From Polyangiaceae bacterium (GTDB lineage: Bacteria > Myxococcota_A > Polyangia > Polyangiales > Polyangiaceae): a stretch of DNA of 64,000 bases. The stretch lies in the NCBI GenBank assembly GCA_044376115.1, contig JBILLK010000009.1, positions 32,001 to 96,000 on the forward strand, written 5' to 3'. Position numbers and translations under genes: made by a program. The notes below the pieces were generated by a model. It was not told where the DNA came from. It ran no database searches and saw only the letters and a list, made by a program, of their open reading frames with translations. Position 1 is the stretch's first letter; every line of letters begins with the position of its first letter. Shown one piece after another: positions 56,832-64,000 of this stretch.

Positions 56832-59800
56832 CTAGTCGGTGCTCGACCACTCGAGCATCAGGCCTGGTCCACCGCCACCGCGTGAGCCCGCCGCGACTCC
56901 AACACCAAACATCAGCCGTGGTTCGTTGGTGAAGAGATAGTCCACCTCAACCTCGGCATCGCTGCGGCCGATGCCCTCGGGGCGCATGGTGGCCTTGAAG
57001 CGAGCGTCCCCATCGGCGAAGAAGCGCTCAGCGTCATAGTTCTCGATGCGCCCGTAGGCGCGGTGCTGATCGTACGGATCCCCCCAGCCGCTCACGCGAT
57101 CGAGGAACAGGAGATGCGGCAGGTTGACCGCGATGAAGCTCAATACGAGCAGGCCTTGGTGCTGCGGGAAGTCCACCGTCACCGACTCCGGCATGTCGGG
57201 CCCACTGACGAAGCGCTCGCGTCCCTCGTTATGCATCGCCAAGAGGTCGAACAGTGCACCCGGGCTGCCTGCGCCGGAGATCACCGTCTTGCGATCCGAG
57301 AGCGGTCCGGTCATCTGGATCTTCAGTGATTGTCCGGCGCTCTTTTCCGAGATCCCGCGCAGCGCCCAGGGATCGAGCTTCTTCTCGAAGGTGAGGTCGA
57401 CATGCCCTGCGGGATGCGCGTCATCAAAGACGAAGGAGCCTGCGGTCAGCGGGTGCACGCCGCCGCCCAGCGAGAGCTCGCCCTTGCTCATCACGAGCTT
57501 GCCGCGGATGGTCCGCTCCGAACCGCGAATGGCCACGTTGAGTTGGCCGCTCGTGGTGAAGTCGATCGGGGACTGAAAGACGCGTGCTCCAGGGTGAACG
57601 CGCAGCGAGATGTCGGTGCCTGTTGGCTCTGCAGCGCCGGCCGCCTCCGGGGCCTCTTTGGCGGCGCGCTCCTTGGCCAGCCGCTCGGTCACGCTCGCCG
57701 GTACCGGCAGCTTGCCGCGTTCGCTCTCTTTGCCGGTGACATCGATCAGATCGCCTGCGTGAACGTCCTCGGGTTGATGCGCCTTCTCGAAGCGGTCGGG
57801 GAAGAGCGCCTCTAGCTTGTCGACGTCGACTTGCACGGCGCGGATCGGCTTCGATAGGTCGGCCTCGACGCGGACGTCGGCGCTCAGCGTGCCTCGCGGG
57901 GCGTCGGCCATCCCGATGTTCTTGGTGCCAAAGAGCAGCCACTTGCTGGCCTCGATTCGAAGCTTGGCCGTCTGCGGCTTGAGCTTCGCGAGGCTGATCG
58001 CTCCGCTGATCTTTAGAGTTCGGTTCTTCTCCTGTTGATCGCTCTCTTTGGCCGAGAGCTGCTGCAACGTGACGACGTCCCCTTGGGCCGCGAGCTCGAG
58101 CAGCACGTCGCGCACAACCCGCTTGGTCCCGGGGATCGGTACGTTGCCGCTGAGCTTCAACAGCCCGGCGAGCCCACCCTGTTTGACGACCGTCTTGCCC
58201 TCCAACTTCTCGAGCTCGACCTCTGCTTTGAGGTCGGCGTTCAGCTGACCGCTGGGCTCGACCGGGAGCTTTTCGGAGACGAGTTTGGGTAGCAGATCGC
58301 GAAGGTCCACTTGTTCCCCCTCGAGACCCGCGTGAATGGGAAGCGGAGCTCCGCTCTCGGAGAAGCCCTTCAGGGCCTCGCGGGGAACGCTAGCGACGAG
58401 TTTGAGCGGCGGTTCCTTGCCCGAGCCCCAGCCGACTGCAGCGCTGAGCTGGTCACTCGAGACGTCGAGCTTGATCTGCGCGCCACCGTCGGTGCCACTC
58501 CACATCGGCACGGCGCCGACCCGCAGATCCACGTTGGCCAAGACGTTCTTTGCGCTGCCGTGCACTTTGCCGGAGCCGCTCAAGCGGCCGGGCAGGCTTT
58601 GCACCTTGCCGCTCAGCGGACCAAGGCTTGCGAGGGTGCGTTCGGGAATGGTCAGCTCGAGGTTGAGCGCCGGATCCAAGCCTTGTTTGATTCGGGTGAG
58701 CAGCCCTGTGCCGGCGACGCCAAGCGAGCCGGCGATCGTGGCGAGCGGCTCGCCCTCGAGCGTCGTCGCAAGGTTGACTGTGGTGGTGTCGCCGCTCAAA
58801 TCCGCCTGAAGCTTGAGCGACAAAGGTCCGGCCTGGCCCTCCGTACGCGCGGGGTTCAACTTGTTGAGCAGGCCCGCCGCGTCGAGGCTGAGTTCGGCCA
58901 AAAGATCGCGTCGGTTGCCGTGTACATGCGCCTTCGCCGATACCTTGCCACCAACGCCGCGCACCCGCGCGAGCTTCTCGACGTCCGGCAACTTCGAGAG
59001 ATCGAGCGGTCCGACGTCCACCATCGCGTCGTACGTCAGCGCGTTGAGGCCGCCTTGCGCGACCGAGTAGGGGAGGTGAAGCGCGAGCTTGGAGCGGACG
59101 GTGCGTTCGCTGGCTGCGTCGATGAAGACCGCCAGCTCTCCAGCGAAGTCCGCCGAGGTTTTGGGGCCAGGTGTGAGCTCGCCCTCCAAGGAGAGCTTCG
59201 AGACAAGCTTCGGGTTCTCGGGTGCGAGCAAGGGACCTTTGGCCGAGAGCTTCACGCTACCCGAGGGATTGGCGAAGCTGCCGAAGGCATGAATGCTTGC
59301 CTCCAGGTCGGCTTGCGGGAGCTTCTTACCCTCCAGCGCGCTTGGCGGCACAAACGTGAGCAGCTCAGACAAGGCGCGATTTGGTAGCGACAGCCGCACA
59401 TCAAAGGCGCGCGAATCATCGAGTTTGCGCTCGGTCTCGTTAAGAATGATCGGAACCTCGCCGGCGATCGTCAGGAAGGCCTCGCGCGTGGCCGCGTCAC
59501 GAGCCTCGAGCGTCAACCGGGCGGTGCGCGGGTCCACGTGGGCCGTGAGCTCGGCTCGCGCGCGTCGCCCGCCGTCTTTGCGCGAGGTGGTGACGTCTGC
59601 GCGCAGATCGACGACGGGCTCGGCGCGCGTCCCTTTGGCTTTGAGGTGCACGTTGATACCGGCATCGAGCCCGAGCCCCTTCGGCAGGTAGCGACCGCGC
59701 AACGCCAGGATCGACGAAAGCCGAAGCCCGGTCACATCGACGTCGGCCTCTCCGCCTTCGAGCACGAGCGACTTCTCCTGCTTCTCCGCGTCTCCTTTGC

Positions 59801-61505
59801 GCAACGATAGGTCGGCGCGCAGCGCGACCTTGCCGCCCAACGCTTTGAGCGCCGTCGCTCCGGCGGTGATCCGCAAGTTGCCGCCTACGGCACCCTTTAC
59901 ATTGATATGCAGGTCGTCGTCAGGAAGCTCTACCGTACGCAGCGGCAACTTCGTCGAGATCGGGATGCCTGCTGCCGCGAGCTCGCTCAGCAGCTGACCG
60001 ACATCGCCCGAGAGCAGCACCGTGGCATCGACCTCTTTGCTGGCTCGGTCGAAGCTCCCGGAGGCGTGCAGCTTCTGCCCGAGGGCTGCCACGTCGAGCG
60101 ACTCGATCGTCACGGCGTTGCCCTTGAGCTTCACATCGCCGTCCACGCTTTGGATCGGGACGCCACGCACAGAAATGTCGGTAAGCTTGAGCTTCGCTCG
60201 CGTGTCGATCGCCTCCGCCGACTTGCCAGAGCCGTTGGCCTGTAGCGACAAGGACGCGATCTTGATCGGCGGGATTTTGCCCTCGGGATCGGCGAGCAGC
60301 TCGGTCGTGTCGATGTCGGTTACGGTCACGCTGACGTCGTGCACAGGCGACTCGGAGCGACTCGCGTCGAGCTTGCCCAGCAGCTTTACCTGCGCCTTCC
60401 CGCTCGTGAGCGCTAGGTCGATGCGCGGCTCCCCGCCCTCCTCACGGATGCGGGTCCCGAGGTCGACATCGTGTTTGATCAGCTCGCGGCCCAGGAACTC
60501 GTTGAGCTTGGTGGCGTCCAGGTGCAAGCCCACGACCTCCCCCGCAGGCGCGCCCTTGAGTGCGCCGTCCTCCATTGCTCCGTGCACGTTGACGGACGCC
60601 AACGACACAGCGTCGAGCGCAAGTTTGCCCAGCGAAACGTCGAGCCCTTCTGACCCGAGTGTCAGTGTCACGCCCTCCCAACGCACAGGAAAGGAGCGCT
60701 TGCCGAGCTTCGGGATGTCGGCGGCGACCTCGGCCGACAGCGGCAGCACGGTGACCGTGCCTTTGCCCTCGACCAACTCGAGCTTTACGCCCGTCTTGAT
60801 CGCTTCGACGCCAAGCGAAAGTCCGGTCGGCTTCTCGATCCCGAGTGAGAGGGTGATTGGGTCGAGCAGCACGCTGAAGTTCTTGCTCGCAGGCGTGGTT
60901 CGAACACTGCCCGCGATGCCGAGATCGCTCACACGCGTCTTGGAGCCATCGGCGTTGCTGATGCTGACGTCGATGTTCTCCACCGTGAGCTTGCGGATAT
61001 CGATCGTCTTTTCGATCGGCTTGCTGATGAAGATGTTGGTGAGGTTCGAGGTGCCATCCTCGTTCTTGATGATGTCGACCGAGACGTCGCGCAGGACGAA
61101 GCTGTCGATCGGAACCACTGGCCCGCCGAGCTCGTTCCAGGCGAGCGCAAACGTCAACTCGCCGACCGCGATCGCTGTACGACCCTCTTTGTCCTTCACC
61201 TTGAAGCCACCGATCGAGACCGGCCCGAGCAGCTCATAGTCGAGCGAGTCGATCGAGATGGTGCCGTTGAAGCGCTTCTGCAGGCCGGCCGTCAGCTTCT
61301 GTTTGACGAAGCCTTTGCCGCTGTCGGTGGTGAGGTAGAAGACCGCGCCGGCGAGCAGGAGCACGACGCCGAGTACGAACACGAACAGTCCGCGGGCAAT
61401 GCGGAACAGCCAGCCGCGCTTCTTCTTTGGGCGTTTGCCGGTTGCGGTAGGCGGCTTGGTTTGGCCTTCGGTCTTCGACTCGTTCTCGGTTGCCGCGTCG
61501 CTCAT
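56832..61505 (-). CDS. TamB/AsmA-like large beta-rich envelope protein
   Basis: N-terminal TM, AsmA-like IIKNEDGTSNL, 1557 aa of amphipathic beta strands; follows an Omp85 gene. Confidence 0.8.
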   Translation of the reverse strand: MSDAATENESKTEGQTKPPTATGKRPKKKRGWLFRIARGLFVFVLGVVLLLAGAVFYLTTDSGKGFVKQKLTAGLQKRFNGTISIDSLDYELLGPVSIGGFKVKDKEGRTAIAVGELTFALAWNELGGPVVPIDSFVLRDVSVDIIKNEDGTSNLTNIFISKPIEKTIDIRKLTVENIDVSISNADGSKTRVSDLGIAGSVRTTPASKNFSVLLDPITLSLGIEKPTGLSLGVEAIKTGVKLELVEGKGTVTVLPLSAEVAADIPKLGKRSFPVRWEGVTLTLGSEGLDVSLGKLALDAVSLASVNVHGAMEDGALKGAPAGEVVGLHLDATKLNEFLGRELIKHDVDLGTRIREEGGEPRIDLALTSGKAQVKLLGKLDASRSESPVHDVSVTVTDIDTTELLADPEGKIPPIKIASLSLQANGSGKSAEAIDTRAKLKLTDISVRGVPIQSVDGDVKLKGNAVTIESLDVAALGQKLHASGSFDRASKEVDATVLLSGDVGQLLSELAAAGIPISTKLPLRTVELPDDDLHINVKGAVGGNLRITAGATALKALGGKVALRADLSLRKGDAEKQEKSLVLEGGEADVDVTGLRLSSILALRGRYLPKGLGLDAGINVHLKAKGTRAEPVVDLRADVTTSRKDGGRRARAELTAHVDPRTARLTLEARDAATREAFLTIAGEVPIILNETERKLDDSRAFDVRLSLPNRALSELLTFVPPSALEGKKLPQADLEASIHAFGSFANPSGSVKLSAKGPLLAPENPKLVSKLSLEGELTPGPKTSADFAGELAVFIDAASERTVRSKLALHLPYSVAQGGLNALTYDAMVDVGPLDLSKLPDVEKLARVRGVGGKVSAKAHVHGNRRDLLAELSLDAAGLLNKLNPARTEGQAGPLSLKLQADLSGDTTTVNLATTLEGEPLATIAGSLGVAGTGLLTRIKQGLDPALNLELTIPERTLASLGPLSGKVQSLPGRLSGSGKVHGSAKNVLANVDLRVGAVPMWSGTDGGAQIKLDVSSDQLSAAVGWGSGKEPPLKLVASVPREALKGFSESGAPLPIHAGLEGEQVDLRDLLPKLVSEKLPVEPSGQLNADLKAEVELEKLEGKTVVKQGGLAGLLKLSGNVPIPGTKRVVRDVLLELAAQGDVVTLQQLSAKESDQQEKNRTLKISGAISLAKLKPQTAKLRIEASKWLLFGTKNIGMADAPRGTLSADVRVEADLSKPIRAVQVDVDKLEALFPDRFEKAHQPEDVHAGDLIDVTGKESERGKLPVPASVTERLAKERAAKEAPEAAGAAEPTGTDISLRVHPGARVFQSPIDFTTSGQLNVAIRGSERTIRGKLVMSKGELSLGGGVHPLTAGSFVFDDAHPAGHVDLTFEKKLDPWALRGISEKSAGQSLKIQMTGPLSDRKTVISGAGSPGALFDLLAMHNEGRERFVSGPDMPESVTVDFPQHQGLLVLSFIAVNLPHLLFLDRVSGWGDPYDQHRAYGRIENYDAERFFADGDARFKATMRPEGIGRSDAEVEVDYLFTNEPRLMFGVGVAAGSRGGGGPGLMLEWSSTD

Positions 61506-63535
61506 TAGAAGGCCTCCCCAATGCGAAAGAATACGTGGAACGGCTCAGCCTCGAGGCCTTGCAAGTCCCCTTGGTGCAGGAGCCGATAAGAGACGTCTAC
61601 CGCTGCCGGTAAGTACCAAATCCGTAGCCTCGCTCCGACGCCAGCAGCCACACTAGGCCCAGCGTCGAACGGGTTGAGGTTCCCCGAAGCTCCGCCGAGA
61701 TCAGCGAAGACGATCGCGCCAATCTGTTTTTGAGGCGGCAAAAAGCGCACTTCCAGCGCACTCTCGAGCAAGCTTCGCCCGCCCACTTCGTAGCTCCCAC
61801 AGTAGGTGTCGATGCAGCGCGTGACCACCGGTGACAGGCGCTGACGACCGAAGCCACGAAAGCCGTAGTTTCCCCCGCCGAACAAGCGTGCCCCGAGCGG
61901 GATGCCGTCCCCCTCGGCGAGCAACGACCATTCGGCCGAACCGCGAACCGCGACCGAGAGCGCTCGCGTGAGCGGAATGAAGCCGCGCAGATCCGGCGCG
62001 ACGTTGACGAACGGGTGGTCTGCGGGGGCCGCGGCGCTCACCGGGTTGGCCCGCAGGAAGAGCGCCGCGAAGCCGCCCTTCATCGGCTCGATCGGATCAT
62101 CCCGGCGATCCAAAATGAAGGCAACGTCGAGCTCTGGGCTGACCGTCAGCTCGTTCTCCGGCAGCGCCAGCGCGCTTCGTTCTCCCGCGCTAAACGGTCC
62201 AAAGCTCTCGGAGAGTTCGACGAAGGCGAGGACGTCGACATCGAGGAAGATGCCCTTGTCGAAGGTGGTTCGCGCGCCCACGCCGGTGCTACCGCGATGA
62301 AGGAAGGCGCCGGGGAACAGCGTGCCTTGATATCGCAAGGTGGTGCGCAAATCGCCGAGTCGCCCGAGTACGCCGGGATGGACTGTGCGCAACGTGGCTT
62401 CTCCATACGGGCCGACACGCTCCTCGAGCGGTGAGCCGAAGAGCCAGCCGAAGCCTGCACGGCCTTCGAACACGAGGTGATGCGCCGGTCCGAACAGGTT
62501 TCGCAGCCAGAGCGTACCGGCGAGAAAGGTATCGGCGCGCGCCGGGTCGATCTCGAAGCCCGCGCGCAGCTTGATGGTCTGACTCGGACTCTCGACTACG
62601 TGCAGGGTGATGTTGATGGTACTCGGCAGCTTGCGAGGCACGAGGTTCCCTTCCGCGTCCACCTGCTCATCACGCAGCTCGCCGCCGCTGTCCGGCGCGG
62701 TGCCCGGGGCAATGAACTTGATGTCTGAGTCTACGCGCACGAACGCCGCAGCGTACGCGCCGGTATCCAGCAGATCGCGCACCACGCTCTCGCGCAGCTC
62801 TTCCGAGTAAGGCTCGCCTGAGACGAGGCCGCTGCGTGCGATCACGTCGGCTGCGGGGATCTTGTAGTTGCCTTGCACCACGATCGTCCCGATCACGGTC
62901 TTGGGCCCCGCGTCGACGAAGTAGTGGAGGTCGAGCTTGCGAGCCTGCTTGTCGAGGTACACGCGGTGGTACACATTGGCGTGCCCGTAGCCGCGCCTGC
63001 GCAAGTACTCCTGCATGTCGATGCGCGCTTTGCGCGACTCCTCGAGATCGACGTCGCTTCCACCGCTCTGGTGACGCAGAAAGCCGCTTAACGCCTCGGA
63101 CTCCTCCTCAGGGGCGAAGCGAACCACGACCTCGCCGAGCGAGTACCGGGTGTTCTCTTTGACGCGAAAGGTGACTGAGGCTTTGCCGTCTTCGGGATCG
63201 AAGGTGGTGTTCGCCGGTGAGACCTCAACGTCGAAATAGCCGCGCTGTTGCCAGTAGGCCTCGATGCGGCGTCGGTCTTCCGCCTCTTTGAACGGGCTCC
63301 AGGCGCGATCCGGATTGGTCAGGCTACCGGGCCGCTCGCCCAGGCGCTCGAACAGCTCGTCGTACGCAACGGCGAGCGGCGCACGTTCGTCGGCCGGCTC
63401 GATCGTCACCTTGCGTACGAGGATGTCCGTCTCACCCGGCACTTGCGGCGGTCGCTCTTTGCAGCCCGCAGTGAGGAGCATGAGCATCGCGATAACGAAG
63501 GCCCAGCTCACTCTTACTCCCATTCGGCCTTGCAT
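61505..63535 (-). CDS. Omp85 family (TamA/BamA-like) outer membrane protein with POTRA domains
   Basis: YWQQRGYFD, YLRRRGY, GGNYGFRGF, C-terminal FFRIGEAF; lipobox-like TAGC; start may be 63523. Confidence 0.88.
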   Translation of the reverse strand: MQGRMGVRVSWAFVIAMLMLLTAGCKERPPQVPGETDILVRKVTIEPADERAPLAVAYDELFERLGERPGSLTNPDRAWSPFKEAEDRRRIEAYWQQRGYFDVEVSPANTTFDPEDGKASVTFRVKENTRYSLGEVVVRFAPEEESEALSGFLRHQSGGSDVDLEESRKARIDMQEYLRRRGYGHANVYHRVYLDKQARKLDLHYFVDAGPKTVIGTIVVQGNYKIPAADVIARSGLVSGEPYSEELRESVVRDLLDTGAYAAAFVRVDSDIKFIAPGTAPDSGGELRDEQVDAEGNLVPRKLPSTINITLHVVESPSQTIKLRAGFEIDPARADTFLAGTLWLRNLFGPAHHLVFEGRAGFGWLFGSPLEERVGPYGEATLRTVHPGVLGRLGDLRTTLRYQGTLFPGAFLHRGSTGVGARTTFDKGIFLDVDVLAFVELSESFGPFSAGERSALALPENELTVSPELDVAFILDRRDDPIEPMKGGFAALFLRANPVSAAAPADHPFVNVAPDLRGFIPLTRALSVAVRGSAEWSLLAEGDGIPLGARLFGGGNYGFRGFGRQRLSPVVTRCIDTYCGSYEVGGRSLLESALEVRFLPPQKQIGAIVFADLGGASGNLNPFDAGPSVAAGVGARLRIWYLPAAVDVSYRLLHQGDLQGLEAEPFHVFFRIGEAF

Positions 63536-63608
63536 CGCGGCGCCAGCATACCAACCGCGCGATTTTGCCGTTAGGACTGAATCGAGCCGCGGGGGCCACG
63601 CAGCGCAG

Positions 63609-64000
63609 TCAAAGCGTGGATGCGGAGAAGGTGTCGCATTGATTCGCGAGCCCGCTATCGAAGCCACGCTTGAACCAACGCATGCGCATCGCGCTCGAGC
63701 CGTGGGTCCACTTCTCCGGCGCTACGCGGCCCGCCGAAGCCTTCTGCAATCTGTCATCACCGACAGCGGATGCGGCGCCCATCGCCTCTTCGATGTCACC
63801 GTCGTCCAGCAGTTTGCGGTCCTTCGTCGTCTTGGACCATACGCCGGCGTAGCAATCGGCTTGAAGCTCCATGCGGATCGAAAGCTGGTTTTTCTCTTCC
63901 TTCGATAGGCCTTTCTGTTTTTGCCTGACGCTTCGCTCGGTGCCGAGCTGGTTCTGGATGTGGTGGCCGATCTCGTGCGAGATCACGTAGGCCTGCGCAA
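63609..64000 (-). CDS. YpfJ-like neutral zinc metallopeptidase, 3' part
   Basis: HEIGHHIQ, ELQADCYAG, THGSS; runs off the window end. Confidence 0.9.
   Translation of the reverse strand, partial: AQAYVISHEIGHHIQNQLGTERSVRQKQKGLSKEEKNQLSIRMELQADCYAGVWSKTTKDRKLLDDGDIEEAMGAASAVGDDRLQKASAGRVAPEKWTHGSSAMRMRWFKRGFDSGLANQCDTFSASTL

Noticed and set aside
1..64000. tRNA/rRNA genes, IS elements, integrases, prophage or known defence systems
   Set aside because: No recognisable signatures found by eye; short RNAs could have been missed without covariance searches

Overview
This is a high-GC, gene-dense bacterial window, most consistent with a myxobacterium (Myxococcota/Polyangia-like). That call is inferred from Gly-linker/Cys-rich lipoproteins, a Hanks-type kinase and many eukaryote-like domains. 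About 60 CDS were recognised. I found no rRNA, tRNA, CRISPR array or transposase. Positions 0.6-12.8 kb form an accessory stress/hydrolase island: a ycaC-xapX-amidohydrolase-yoaK operon carrying two lesions (a frameshift and an in-frame TGA), AraC and LysR regulators, a second intact YcaC paralog, and a Cys-tail ECF sigma factor with two mirror-image GTCACA-N16-CCTC promoters. Further on are a heme-c/copper type II monooxygenase lipoprotein, a GntR-GMC oxidoreductase unit with a perfect 22-bp operator, an OPT transporter, an uncharacterised ankyrin-GNAT plus 2OG-Fe(II) oxygenase-like gene pair, and an NTT-HEAT plus cNMP module. The right half holds an HTTM/partner pair behind a small acidic Cys-rich lipoprotein, prc, asd, class I fumarase, a B12 radical SAM/PLP enzyme/ALDH run, a cNMP-PilZ-like protein and tamA/tamB-like genes. 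All family calls come from motif recognition by eye, not database searches. Start codons were re-chosen from RBS and overlap evidence where the ORF track over-extends.
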